Source: a virus (Duplodnaviria > Caudoviricetes). From it: a stretch of DNA of 64,000 bases. The position numbers were made by a program, and so were the translations under genes. The DNA lies in IMG/VR virus record IMGVR_UViG_3300037762_000184, positions 1 through 64,000 of that record; one strand, 5' to 3'. Below are positions 52,885 through 63,300 of this stretch, piece after piece; position 1 is the stretch's first letter; every line of letters begins with the position of its first letter. The notes beneath the pieces are model-generated. The model was not told the DNA's origin, made no database searches, and worked only from the letters and a program-made list of their open reading frames with translations.

Positions 52885-53621
52885 GTGCGCTCGTCGACTC
52901 CCTGGTCGCCTGTGGCTACGCAGGGCCGGTGCGCCTGTTCGCCGAGCGGGAAGCCTCGCAAGTTCTGGAGGCATGTCGCGCTCCGCATCCGCCGTGCTGG
53001 TTCAAGGGTCTGGCAACGGTGAGCCCGGCAGCGGCGGCAGTCGCTACGGCGCCGGCGGTCGTGGACTTGCTGCGCGAAGCTCTCGGCGATGACGTGATCC
53101 TCTGGGGCGCCCACCTCCTGAGCCGTGGCCCCGGAGACGTACACCCCTGGCACACGGACATGGAAACGGCCGACCCGACCGGGCGCACGGTCAGCGTCTG
53201 GGTCGCGATGGAAGGCGGCGGTGACGGTTCCGGGATGCGCTTCGTCGCCGGCTCTCACCGCCTTGGCGTCTCGGTCCAACAGGCGCGCTCAGAGGCCGGC
53301 GTCTCGCGATCCGGCGCGACGGATGACGTGATTCTACGACTGGCACGGGGACGCGCCCCTGCGGCTGATATCGGCGAAGTCTGCGCCACTGACGGCGAGG
53401 CGGTGCTGTTCGACGGCCGGACGTGGCATGCCAGCCGGAACGACACCGGCGCCACCCGCACCGCCCTGATCCTCCAGTACGCAGCGGCCGACTGCCCGAT
53501 GCGTAAGGCCGACCTCGGTCATCTGGAGTGGCCGTTCCGTTACCGCGGGCCGGCTCCGTGCCTACTCATCAGCGGCTCGGCACCCGTAGGCGTCAACACG
53601 ATCGGCGAGGCTCCGCGATGA
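52881..53621 (+). CDS. phytanoyl-CoA-dioxygenase-like 2OG/Fe(II) oxygenase
   Basis: WHTD, SVWVAM, FVAGSH, FDGRTWHAS..N. Confidence 0.9.
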   Translation: MSALVDSLVACGYAGPVRLFAEREASQVLEACRAPHPPCWFKGLATVSPAAAAVATAPAVVDLLREALGDDVILWGAHLLSRGPGDVHPWHTDMETADPTGRTVSVWVAMEGGGDGSGMRFVAGSHRLGVSVQQARSEAGVSRSGATDDVILRLARGRAPAADIGEVCATDGEAVLFDGRTWHASRNDTGATRTALILQYAAADCPMRKADLGHLEWPFRYRGPAPCLLISGSAPVGVNTIGEAPR

Positions 53622-54316
53622 CGGGCGTCTACCCCTTCGCAGCGAACCTGTCGGCCGGCCAGACGAAGGCTTGGGTGCCGCACTTCCTGCTCGATCGCGA
53701 GACGGCGACGTGCGAGCGCCTGTCGGTCCACGTCTCGGGTCTGCTATCCGGCAAGTGTCCGCACAAGCCGCACGTCCACCAGGAAGAGGAGTTCCTGATC
53801 GTCATCAAGGGTCAGGCAAGCTTGGTGATCGCGGACGGGCCTACCGAGGACGGGTCGAGAGTCGAGAGGGTCACTGCCGGAGGGGGCGTCTACTACCCAC
53901 CGACGCAGTACCACACCATCCGCAATGACAGTGCGGAGCCGATCGAGTACCTGATGGTCAAGTGGGTCGGCCGGGGATCATCCGAGGGCGAGGCGCGGAC
54001 GACGCAGTTTTTCCGCTACTCGGATCGCCGCGATTCAACAGGGTTCACGCCGCTCTGCGCTCTCGATGGACCGGCGCTGCGGCTCCAGCGGATGCACACC
54101 CACCTGACGCTGCTCGGGATCGGCAAAGGCTACGCGCCGCATGCGGACCCCTACGACGTGGCGCTCGTTATCTTGGAGGGGACCGTCGAGACGCTGGGTC
54201 AGATGGTCGAGGCACCGGCGCTCGTCTGGTACGACCAAGGCGACCCGCACGGGATCAAGAACGTCGGCTCCGAGGTGGCCCGCTACGTCGTCTTCGAGTT
54301 GGAGGCGGCGGCATGA
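53618..54316 (+). CDS. bicupin protein
   Basis: PHVHQEEEFLIVIKG...YHTIRN; PHADPYD..LVILEG...HGIKN. Confidence 0.85.
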   Translation: MTGVYPFAANLSAGQTKAWVPHFLLDRETATCERLSVHVSGLLSGKCPHKPHVHQEEEFLIVIKGQASLVIADGPTEDGSRVERVTAGGGVYYPPTQYHTIRNDSAEPIEYLMVKWVGRGSSEGEARTTQFFRYSDRRDSTGFTPLCALDGPALRLQRMHTHLTLLGIGKGYAPHADPYDVALVILEGTVETLGQMVEAPALVWYDQGDPHGIKNVGSEVARYVVFELEAAA

Positions 54317-54846
54317 GAGACCACCTCGCGACGACCGACGTCGAGCTCGAATGGGTCGCCGAGCGTGCGGCAGGCTGCCGCTACGTGGTCGAGGTCGGCG
54401 TCTGGCTCGGCCGCTCGCTCAAGGTCTGGGCCGACAACATGCGCGGAGACGGAGTGGCGATCGGCGTCGACGCTTGGAATCCGGAGGTCGTCGGCACGCC
54501 GTCGATGCGCGACAATCTGCTACGGGTCGGCCCAGAGGAAGCTCTGCGCCGGTGTCGGGAGACTCTGGCCGACCACATCTCCGCGGGTCACGTCCAGCTC
54601 GTGCGCCTGCCGGCCGTCGAAGCTGCTGCCAAGCTCCACCCTGGCGCCGATCTCGTCTACCTCGACGCGGCGACAGAGGAGGGCGAGACGGCGCGACAAC
54701 TCGCCGCCTACGAAGCGCTAGTCAAGCCGGGTGGGCTGATCTCCGGCCACCATTACCTCCGGCGTCCCGGCGCACGCGCCGCGATCGACGCCCGCTACGG
54801 CGCCCGCGTCCAGAGCGACGGTCAAATCTGGTGGGTGGCGCTGTGA
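54313..54846 (+). CDS. class I SAM methyltransferase (Methyltransf_24-like)
   Basis: VVEVGVWLGRS, GVDAW, DLVYLDA, LVKPGGLISGH. Confidence 0.88.
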   Translation: MRDHLATTDVELEWVAERAAGCRYVVEVGVWLGRSLKVWADNMRGDGVAIGVDAWNPEVVGTPSMRDNLLRVGPEEALRRCRETLADHISAGHVQLVRLPAVEAAAKLHPGADLVYLDAATEEGETARQLAAYEALVKPGGLISGHHYLRRPGARAAIDARYGARVQSDGQIWWVAL

Positions 54847-55586
54847 AGCTCTCCGCCGCGATCATCACCGTGGACCGGGAGGGCACCAACTTCCTCGGTC
54901 AGACGCTCCGCAACCTGGAGCGGTCGGGATGGTTCAGGTCGCCGGAGGTCGCGGCTCTCTGGGTGGTCGACTCCGGCTCTCCCAAGGGCTACGTCGAGCA
55001 AGAGGCGGGGGAGTTGGTGAGCCGCTGCCGGGTCGACATCCCGGAGGAGCAGCGGACGCTTAACGGCAACGCCTGTCGAGCGCTCCAACTGGCTGCTGCC
55101 GAGGACGCCGACTTCGTCCTGATGATGCAGGACGACATCGACGTGTGCGACGACTTCGCCGGCAGCGTCTGCCGCTGGCTGGTCGAGCACCACGACGAGG
55201 CGCATCTCCTCTATTCGTTCGGCACGACGTGGCCGGCGATCCAGGCCGCTGCCGCCGCCGGGTGGACCTCGGCGCCATACCCAATCGCTCAGTTCTACGG
55301 GACGCAGTGCTACGCGCTGTCGATCACGCGGGCTCGTCATTTGGCTGAGTGGTTCGAGCGGTCCTGGCCGCTGCTCTCGCTCGATCATCACGGGCGGAAC
55401 GTTTACGACGACATCCTGCTTCACCGGTGGGCGGCTGAGACGGACCCGGATGCGACGCACTTTCTCGCCTCTGCGCCGAGCTTCGCTCAGCATGTCGGGA
55501 CGGTGTCTTCGATTAGGAGCAAGCTCTTCACCTTCCCGAGCTGGCCGGGTCGCGAGTGGAGCTACGGCGAGCGGAGGGCTGCGTGA
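54843..55586 (+). CDS. GT-A fold glycosyltransferase
   Basis: VVDSG, VLMMQDDIDV, FYGTQCYAL, D.LL, AQHVG..SS. Confidence 0.75.
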   Translation: MKLSAAIITVDREGTNFLGQTLRNLERSGWFRSPEVAALWVVDSGSPKGYVEQEAGELVSRCRVDIPEEQRTLNGNACRALQLAAAEDADFVLMMQDDIDVCDDFAGSVCRWLVEHHDEAHLLYSFGTTWPAIQAAAAAGWTSAPYPIAQFYGTQCYALSITRARHLAEWFERSWPLLSLDHHGRNVYDDILLHRWAAETDPDATHFLASAPSFAQHVGTVSSIRSKLFTFPSWPGREWSYGERRAA

Positions 55587-55792
55587 CCGGACTCGACTTA
55601 TTGCGCCGCGTCTTCATCCCTCGGGAGCTTCCGGTGGCGGAGGGCGGCAGCGTCTTCCGGACGATCGACGGGCAGACCTATCGCCGGATGGCTGACGGTT
55701 CGATTCGGCGCCACCCGCCGAAGGTGAACTGCAAGGCGGCGAAGCGGGCGCGGCTCAAGGCCCGGCGAGCAGCGGAGGTGGCATGCGTCTGA
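55583..55792 (+). CDS. small basic hypothetical protein
   Basis: coupled overlaps. Confidence 0.5.
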   Translation: MTGLDLLRRVFIPRELPVAEGGSVFRTIDGQTYRRMADGSIRRHPPKVNCKAAKRARLKARRAAEVACV

Positions 55793-58293
55793 TTTTCGTG
55801 GGCGACTCGCCGACGGTGGACACCGGATTTTCGCGTTGCACCCGCGCGGCCTGCGCCGAGCTTCACAACGCCGGCCATGAGGTCCACGTCCTCGGCATCA
55901 ATGAAAGCGGCGACCCGCACGACTATCCGTATCCGATCTATCCGCCGCGGAGCTTACGGGACCGCTCCCGTAGCGCGTTCGGCATGGATCGGCTGCCTGC
56001 GCTCTCGGCACGCCTAAAGCCTGACGTGGTGGTTCTGCTCACGGACCCGTGGCACGTCCCCGCGTACCTCGCCGCATTCGAGGACGCCGGGGTGGAGTGC
56101 CCGCCGATGGTCGCGTGGCTGGCGGTGGATTCCAAGAACCACCCGAACAGCGCGGAGTTGAACCCACTCGCTCACATCGTGACCTGGACGCAATTTGCGC
56201 AGGATCAGCTGCGTGCTGGTGGCTACACCGGGCCGGCCTCCATCGTGCCGCTCGGCGTGGATACTTCGCTCTTTTACCCACGCGATCGCGCTGCCGCCCG
56301 CGCTGAGCTGCGGGCCATCAGTGGCGCCGAAGTCTTCGGGCCGGAGGATTACATCGTCGGATATGTGGGAAGGAACCAATCGCGCAAACGAGTAGATTTG
56401 CTGATCGGTTACTTCGCCGAATGGATCACCCGCTACAACATCCGTGACGCCTATCTCTACCTCAAGGTGGCGCCGACAGGGGAGTCAGGGTGTGACATCC
56501 GCAGCGTCGCCACCTACTACGGCAAGGCGGTGGAAGGCCGCCTGCTGGTGTCCGCACCGCCGGCCGGATTCGGCGCTCCCGACGACCTCATGCCGCTCGT
56601 TTACAGCGCGATGGACGTGTATCTCACCACCACGCAGGGCGAGGGCTGGGGCCTTTGCGTCAGCCCCGACACACTGATTCAGACTCCGCAGGGTGCCCTC
56701 CCGATGCGCGACATTTCGTCCGGCGACCGGGTGATGACTCAGGACGGATCGTTCCATGACGTGCGCGCAAAGATCACGCGCGAGGACGAGGTGATGCGGG
56801 TCAAGGTCGCCGGATCGCCAGCACTGACGGTGACGCCGCAGCATCCGTTCCTGGTCTTGCCGCGGCGCTCTGCTCCGCAGGACTACTACCGACGGCATCC
56901 CGAGGCGCCGCGCTGGACCCGCGCTGACGAGTTGCGCGAGGGTGATCTGGTGGCTTGCCCTCGCCCTCCGTGGTCTGACTCTTTACCCGACTCCTTTGAT
57001 CTTGCCGAAGCCGCCGACTCGCGCACGAAGATGGACGAGGACGCGATCTGGCACCCCATGGGATTCTCGCCCCGTGACCGACGGCAGTCCCTGTCTGCGA
57101 TCGCGGCCACTCATGGCGTTTCTAGTCGCGTTGCCGAGGACGCCGTGGCGTTCGCGAACGGGTCAGCCACGCCGGTGCGCGCGCAGTCGGCGTCCCGCGC
57201 CCTTGCCGAGACGCTCGGTCCGATGCCGAAGGCACAGCCGGTCAAGCTCTGTCGCCGGGTGCCGGTCAACGCGCGAACCTTGGAGTTGCTCGGCTGGTTC
57301 CTTGCTGAGGGCTCGACGGGAGGCGGGAACAGGGTCGAGATTGACCTGCACGCGCGCGAGCTGCCGGTCGCCGAACGCCTCGCTGAAACCTTCCTGACCG
57401 CATTCGGTGCCGAAGCGACCATCGAGCGCAACGGCCCGAACAAGTGCCGGGTCCGTGTCTGCTCAACGCTGCTTGCCCGATGGTTTCGCCAAATGTGCGG
57501 CAACGGTGCGCGTAACAAGAGGTTATCCCCCGCGCTCTGGCGTAGCGCGGCCCATCTCGGACCGCTGGTCGCTGCATACTTCCGCGGAGACGGCTACTGG
57601 CAAGGTAACGGGTGGCGGGTGACGACGGCCTCTACCGACCTCGCTTGGCAGATCCGCATGGTGCTAGCCGCGGTCGGTATCCACGCGTCGGTCCGCAGGC
57701 TTTCGCGTGAGCGGGCGTGGGCGGTCGATGTCTGCGGTGCGCCGGCAGAACGGTTCTCTCAGTGGTGCGGGCTACCAACGCGAGCGGACCGTACTCGCAA
57801 GGCGGGGAAGACAGCCCTCACCCGCGAAGACTTCATCTTCGTTCCGGTGCGGAAGATTCACAGGACCGGCGAGCGCTCTGTGGTGATGGACATCGAGGTG
57901 GACAGCGTCCATAGCTTTGTCGGTGCTGGCGTGATCCTTCACAACACGACTCACGAGGCGATGGCGTGTGGGGTTCCGTGCATCGTGCCGGACTGGTCGG
58001 CCCTCGGGGAGTGGACGGAGGACGCGGCGATCAAGGTCCCGTGTACCTCGACGGCTCTCACGGCACCGCTGAATCAGTTCCCCTACACCATCGGCGGGGT
58101 GCCGGACAAGGAAGCGACCATCGCGGCCCTGCATGCCCTCTATTCGAGCCGGGAGCTGCGCGACGAGCACCGCGAGCGAGGACTGGCGCTGACGGCGCGC
58201 CCGGAGTACCAGTGGAGCAACGTGGGCGTGGCCTTCCGCGAGACGCTGGAGCGGGTGCTGGAGCCCGCGGCTGCCGGTGAGGTGGCCGCCTGA
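55783..58293 (+). CDS. GT4-family (GT-B) glycosyltransferase containing an intein
   Basis: DSPTVDTGF, GRNQSRK, spliced motif EGWGL|TTHEAMACGVP (EX7E). Confidence 0.92.
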   Translation: MRLIFVGDSPTVDTGFSRCTRAACAELHNAGHEVHVLGINESGDPHDYPYPIYPPRSLRDRSRSAFGMDRLPALSARLKPDVVVLLTDPWHVPAYLAAFEDAGVECPPMVAWLAVDSKNHPNSAELNPLAHIVTWTQFAQDQLRAGGYTGPASIVPLGVDTSLFYPRDRAAARAELRAISGAEVFGPEDYIVGYVGRNQSRKRVDLLIGYFAEWITRYNIRDAYLYLKVAPTGESGCDIRSVATYYGKAVEGRLLVSAPPAGFGAPDDLMPLVYSAMDVYLTTTQGEGWGLCVSPDTLIQTPQGALPMRDISSGDRVMTQDGSFHDVRAKITREDEVMRVKVAGSPALTVTPQHPFLVLPRRSAPQDYYRRHPEAPRWTRADELREGDLVACPRPPWSDSLPDSFDLAEAADSRTKMDEDAIWHPMGFSPRDRRQSLSAIAATHGVSSRVAEDAVAFANGSATPVRAQSASRALAETLGPMPKAQPVKLCRRVPVNARTLELLGWFLAEGSTGGGNRVEIDLHARELPVAERLAETFLTAFGAEATIERNGPNKCRVRVCSTLLARWFRQMCGNGARNKRLSPALWRSAAHLGPLVAAYFRGDGYWQGNGWRVTTASTDLAWQIRMVLAAVGIHASVRRLSRERAWAVDVCGAPAERFSQWCGLPTRADRTRKAGKTALTREDFIFVPVRKIHRTGERSVVMDIEVDSVHSFVGAGVILHNTTHEAMACGVPCIVPDWSALGEWTEDAAIKVPCTSTALTAPLNQFPYTIGGVPDKEATIAALHALYSSRELRDEHRERGLALTARPEYQWSNVGVAFRETLERVLEPAAAGEVAA
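56656..57945 (+). mobile_element. 430-aa intein with LAGLIDADG endonuclease
   Basis: CVSPDT block A, LTVTPQHPF block B, LLGWFLAEG and LVAAYFRGDG, VMDIEV...ILHN followed by Thr. Confidence 0.95.
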
Positions 58294-58673
58294 TGGCCAA
58301 CCCCGGATTCAAGCTTCGCGGGACGAAGGCGATGCAGCGCAAGATCGAGCGCATCGCCCGCGACTTCCCGAACAAGGCTGAGGGCGCCTTGCGTGTCGAG
58401 GCAGAGGTCATCAAGACCGTGTCTCAGCGCGACTTCGTGCCGGTCAAGGAAGGCATTCTTAGGGGCAGCGCATTCGTCAGCCCTGTCGAGCGGAAGGGCA
58501 ATGAGATTTCCGTCACCATCGGCTACGGTGGAGCGGCGAAAGATTATGCCCTACGCCAGCACGAGGAACCCAGCTACAAGCACAAGGTCGGTTCGTGGAA
58601 GTACTTGGAGCTACCGCTCCGAGCAGCCATCCCCGGCATGGCCGAGCGCATCGCGGCGAAGGTTAAGGTATGA
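58293..58673 (+). CDS. HK97 gp10-like tail completion protein
   Basis: VPVKEGILRGS...YALRQHE...KYLE.PL. Confidence 0.85.
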   Translation: MANPGFKLRGTKAMQRKIERIARDFPNKAEGALRVEAEVIKTVSQRDFVPVKEGILRGSAFVSPVERKGNEISVTIGYGGAAKDYALRQHEEPSYKHKVGSWKYLELPLRAAIPGMAERIAAKVKV

Positions 58674-59074
58674 CCAAGTACCTCGAAATCCTCGCCGTGC
58701 AACGCCCCTTTTCCGTCGGCGTTGACGAGCAGGACCGCACGATGTTCAGCGCGAACTACGAAGCGCTGGCGAAGGCCCCGGTGAATCAGTGGGAAGAGGA
58801 GATTGTGAAGATCCTCAGCACCGCCGGGCTTGCCACGCTCGGAACCGACACCTTCGTCGGCCAAGCGGCCGCTGTGCCGACTGGAAACGGTCCATTCCTT
58901 CTAGTCCTCGACTCGGGCGGTACGACTCCGCTCGAAACCCATGGCAGTTCTGTCTACGAGCGGCTGAGTGCGCAGCTCGTGGTGAGAGCAAAGAGTTACG
59001 CCGTCGCCAGGACCCGAGCGCTCGCATGTTGGCGTGCGCTGCATGGCGTCAGGAACCAAACAGTGACGGCCTAG
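58670..59074 (+). CDS. tail terminator/minor capsid-like protein
   Basis: position; QLVVRAKSY. Confidence 0.65.
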   Translation: MTKYLEILAVQRPFSVGVDEQDRTMFSANYEALAKAPVNQWEEEIVKILSTAGLATLGTDTFVGQAAAVPTGNGPFLLVLDSGGTTPLETHGSSVYERLSAQLVVRAKSYAVARTRALACWRALHGVRNQTVTA

Positions 59075-59099
59075 CCGTCCGCACAAGAAGGAGAAAGCG

Positions 59100-59570
59100 A
59101 TGAGCAGCGCCGACAGTGGTCACAATGCAACGATCGCGGTAGAGCTGGGCACGCCGCCCGTCAGCGGCGTCTGGACCAACATCCCGGAGTTGATGGGCGA
59201 CCTCAAGGGGTTCTCCGGAACGCGCGCGGTGACTAAGTTCACGCCGCACGGAGAGAACATCAACTCGGCGGTCACGGGTCCGATCGAGCGAAACTCGTCG
59301 AGCTTCACCCTCAACTTCGACCCGAACGACGCGACGCACCTCGCCCTCCGCGCCGCCTTCTTCGCGCCGCTCAAGGTCAACCGCCTGCGCGGCTGGCGGT
59401 ATTGGGGGCCGGCCGGCTCCGCTGGCGTGGACGAGGTGATCCAGTCGGGCGAGATCGTCGAGTGGGATGACACCGCTCCCGAAGGCGCCGGCATCCGGCA
59501 GGTCGCGGTGATGGTCGAGTTCAGCAAGCAGGCGAAGATCGACGGCGTGCTCCACGGGACCGCCGCGTAG
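59100..59570 (+). CDS. major tail tube protein
   Basis: position, size, SFTLNFDP, strong SD. Confidence 0.75.
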   Translation: MSSADSGHNATIAVELGTPPVSGVWTNIPELMGDLKGFSGTRAVTKFTPHGENINSAVTGPIERNSSSFTLNFDPNDATHLALRAAFFAPLKVNRLRGWRYWGPAGSAGVDEVIQSGEIVEWDDTAPEGAGIRQVAVMVEFSKQAKIDGVLHGTAA

Positions 59571-59609
59571 TTCAACGCAGCCCTTACATGAACGAGAGGG
59601 AGTGAACCA

Positions 59610-59990
59610 ATGACGGCCAAGAAGACGAGAAAGCTGCTCACCAGCGCGGACCTGCGCGAGAGCGGCAAGAAGCTGACGGAACTGGAGGTCAAGGACGGCG
59701 AGGACGTGCTGGGGGTCGTCTTCGTGCGGCAGATTCCGGCAAGCGTCATCCTCGATTACAAGGAGAACACCGACAACAAGGAGGGCACGGTCGACCTCAT
59801 CCACGTTGGCATCGCTGACCACGAAGGTAATGCGTTGTTCGCCGACAAGGCTGAGATCAGAGAGCTCCCGCTGGCCCTCTTCGGCGCCCTGTCGAAGGCG
59901 GTCAATGAGCAACTCAAGGTGCTCCAGGGAGGAGAAGACAAGGGAAACGCCTCCGGCGAAGCGGTGACCGCCGCTTCGCCTACCGCTTAG
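59610..59990 (+). CDS. tail assembly chaperone (G)
   Basis: between tail tube and tape measure; ends at slippery site. Confidence 0.8.
   Translation: MTAKKTRKLLTSADLRESGKKLTELEVKDGEDVLGVVFVRQIPASVILDYKENTDNKEGTVDLIHVGIADHEGNALFADKAEIRELPLALFGALSKAVNEQLKVLQGGEDKGNASGEAVTAASPTA
59942..59980 (+). other. -1 programmed ribosomal frameshift signal
   Basis: G GGA AAC heptamer (59942-48) in phase, 6-nt spacer, perfect 10-bp stem GGCGAAGCGG/CCGCTTCGCC. Confidence 0.88.
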
Positions 59991-60307
59991 CGCTTCACTT
60001 GGGGAGGTGGGACGTGGACGCGATGCTGGCGGAGATGCCGTGGGAGGCGTTCCAGGAGTGGCGGGAGTATGACCGCCTGGAGCCTTTCGGCGAGGAGCGG
60101 GGAGACCTGCGTGCCGGCATCATCGCGTCCACGATCGCCAACGCCAACCGAGGCAAGAAAACGAAGCCGTTCAAGCCGGCCGACTTCATGCCGGACTTTC
60201 TGCGCGTGATTGAACCGCCGAAGCCGATGTCCGCAGCGGAGTTCCGGGTTGCGTTCGATGGCTTCAAAGAGATGGTGCGCGCGACGGCGGGGGCGCCCGC
60301 GGCGTAG
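59942..60307 (+). CDS. frameshifted tail chaperone extension (GT/T)
   Basis: -1 frame reads GKRLRRSGDRRFAYRLALHLG...EWREY...EPFGEERGDLRAG. Confidence 0.85.
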   Translation, partial: GKRLRRSGDRRFAYRLALHLGRWDVDAMLAEMPWEAFQEWREYDRLEPFGEERGDLRAGIIASTIANANRGKKTKPFKPADFMPDFLRVIEPPKPMSAAEFRVAFDGFKEMVRATAGAPAA

Positions 60308-60310
60308 ACG

Positions 60311-63300
60311 ATGGCGAATATCGGCACCGTTGAAGGCGTACTGCGGCTCAAGGATGAATTCACATCCAAGCTGAACGCCGCTGCGTTTCAACTCGAAAAG
60401 CAGGGCAAGCGGATGGAAAAGGTTGGCCGCCAGATGTCTGATATCGGCAGCCAGCTCACCCGCTCTCTAACGCTGCCATTGGCCGCCATCGGCGGTGTCG
60501 CGGTTAAGTCCTTCGCCGACTTCGACGGCGCGATGAATAAGTCACTCGCGATCATGGGGGACGTCTCGGAGACATTGCGTAGCGAGATGACCTCGGCCGC
60601 GCGCAAAATGGCGACGCAGTCCGTCTTCTCTGCCAAGCAAGCCGCAGAGTCGTATTTTTTCCTCGCGTCAGCGGGCCTGGACGCCCAGACGTCTATCGCT
60701 GCGCTGCCGACGGTAACTAGTTTCGCGCAGGCCGGCATGTTCGATATGGCTCTAGCGACAGACCTGTTGACCGACGCGCAATCAGCGCTAGGTCTAACCA
60801 TCCGCGATGACGCCATCAGAAACATGGAGAACATGGTCAGGGTCAGCGACGTATTGGTTAAGGCCAATACTCTCGCCAATGCTACAGTGCATCAGTTCTC
60901 CGAATCGCTAACCAGCGAGGCTGGCGCGGCGCTGAAGTCGTTCGGCATCGACGTCGAAGAGGGTGTAGCCGTGCTGGCCGCCTTCGCCGACCAGGGCGTT
61001 AAAGGGCAGGTGGCTGGCACCAGCCTGTCACGTATTCTCCGGATGATGACCTCGGCGGCAGTAAATAACTCTGAAGCTTACAAGCGGATGCGCGTTGAGG
61101 TTTTCGACGCCGGCGGAAATATCAAAAACATGGCTGACGTTGTCGCCGACCTTGAGCGAGCGCTCGGCGACCTTTCGGATGAGCAGAGAGTTGCAGCGCT
61201 TGAGACTCTAGGGTTCCAGGCGCGAATTCAGGGCGTGATCTTGCCGCTGCTCGGCACCTCGGACGCTATTCGCCAATACGAAAAAGGAATCCGTAGCGCC
61301 AGCGGGATTACCGAGGAGGTGGCCAACAAGCAGCTCCAAGCTTTCGGCGCTCGGATGGGACTGGTCAAAGATCAGATTCTAGACGTTGCTATTACGCTAG
61401 GAGAATCTCTTGCGCCCTCAATCGAGGGATTCGCTAGAAATATTGTCGTGCCGGCGACCAAGGCCCTGGCGGCGCTAGCCGGATCTTTCGCGCAACTGCC
61501 GGGCGTAGCTAAAGTCGTCGTCGTGGCTGTGGGCGCACTCGCCGCCGCCATCGGCCCGGCCCTTTTCGTCACCGGCCAGCTCATCACCGCGTGGGGAACC
61601 TTAATTACCACGGCGCCACGAGTGGCTGCCGCGATCAAGCTGGTCACCGTCTCTATGCAGGCGATGGCGACGCTCGGCGTTGCCGTCGCCGTCGTGGCGA
61701 TCAACCATTTGATCACCAAGTGGGGCGAAGCGTCGGAAGCGGCGATGAAGTATCACCGCGAATCGAGCCAGGCGCTCGGGATCACGAAGCGGTTGATGGA
61801 CGAATCACGGGCGGGGGAGGGCATCGTCTCGGCCGCAACGTTCGCCGAAGGCAAGGAAGAGCTGGCGCGCGTCACCGCCGAGATCAAGCGGATGGAGGCG
61901 CAGGTCTCCCGGACGAAGCAAGCGATGGACGCCTCCATTCGCGACCCGGACGCATGGGCAAGGCTCGTGCCGGTGCTCGATAAGCAGGTCAAGGCGCTGC
62001 GGGAGGCCGAGCAGCGCTTCATCCCGCTGTCGAACATCCTGGACAAGGTGGACGTGGCGGCGGGCGCTGCAAGCGAGTCGCTAGAGGGCGTACCGCCGAC
62101 GGGGGTCATACCCAACGTCGAGGCGCTGACCGACGCTCTACAGCGGCAGCTCTCCGCTCTGAGCGCTGTTCTCGACCCGCTGGTCAACATGCGGGACCAG
62201 TACGCAGCCCTCCGGGAGCAGCTGGTAGCTACCGAGCTTGCGGCGACTGAGGAGGATCTTCGCCGGATCGCCAAGGCGCTGGAGCTGGGGCTGGCGCCGA
62301 TGCAGGCCATGGAGGGAGCGACGCGAGCGTATCTTGACGAGCTGCTGGCTGTGGACGATGCTCTCGCCGCCACCGAACAGGCGATCCGCGACATGGGGGA
62401 GGCGCTCGTTCGCGAGCACACCATGCCGACGATCGAGGCGCCGGCGGTGACGTTTGACGATTGGATTTTCAGCGACGCCTTCATTGACGAGCTAACCCGG
62501 CGGTACAACCAACTGTTCGAAGTCGACCTCAAGGCGATTCACGAGAACTACCTGCGCGGCTTGCAGTCGGCGTTTTCTAGCACCTTCCGCGAGCTTCTCT
62601 CCGGCGAAGAGGTGGAGTTCCGAGACTTCTTCCAGTCCATCGCCGACGTGGGCGCCGCGATCATCGCCGAGCAGATCGGGGCCGCACTGACCAAGGCTCT
62701 GAGTGGTCAGGCCGGCGCGTGGAAGGACATGACGAAGTTCTTCAATTCGGCGGTAGGTCAGGCTACAGCATGGTTAAGCGTGGTCAACACTATTTCCGCC
62801 GCCTCCAATACTGGTTATGCAATCGCTGGGGCGGCGATCGGTGCCATAGTTGGAGGAATCGCAGCGGGAGCTGTGAGCGGTGGCATGGGGGCGCCGGCGG
62901 GGGCGGCTCTCGGCGCTCAAATTGGCGCGTGGCTCGGGTCGATGATCAAGCACGGCTCCCCGGAGTTCTTCGGCGCGATCTCGGCGGAGCTTGGGAAGGT
63001 TGACATTGGCGGGAAGCTGGGCGAAGTCGCCAAGGGTCTCGGGACCGACATCGCCGCCGCCGTTCAGCGCATTATGGACGCCCTCGGCGCGGAGTTGGAG
63101 TCGATCGGTGAGGGCATCAAGCTGAAGATGAAGGACGACAAGTTGTCGGTGATTGTCGACGGTGACGAGTTCCGCTTTAAGGACAAGATCGAGCAGGGCA
63201 TTTCGTTCGCCATCGCCGAGGCTTTGAAGCGTGCCGAGATCAGCGGGATTTCCGAAGAGGCCAAGGCGGCGCTCGCCAACACGGTTGGCGACTCGGTCGA

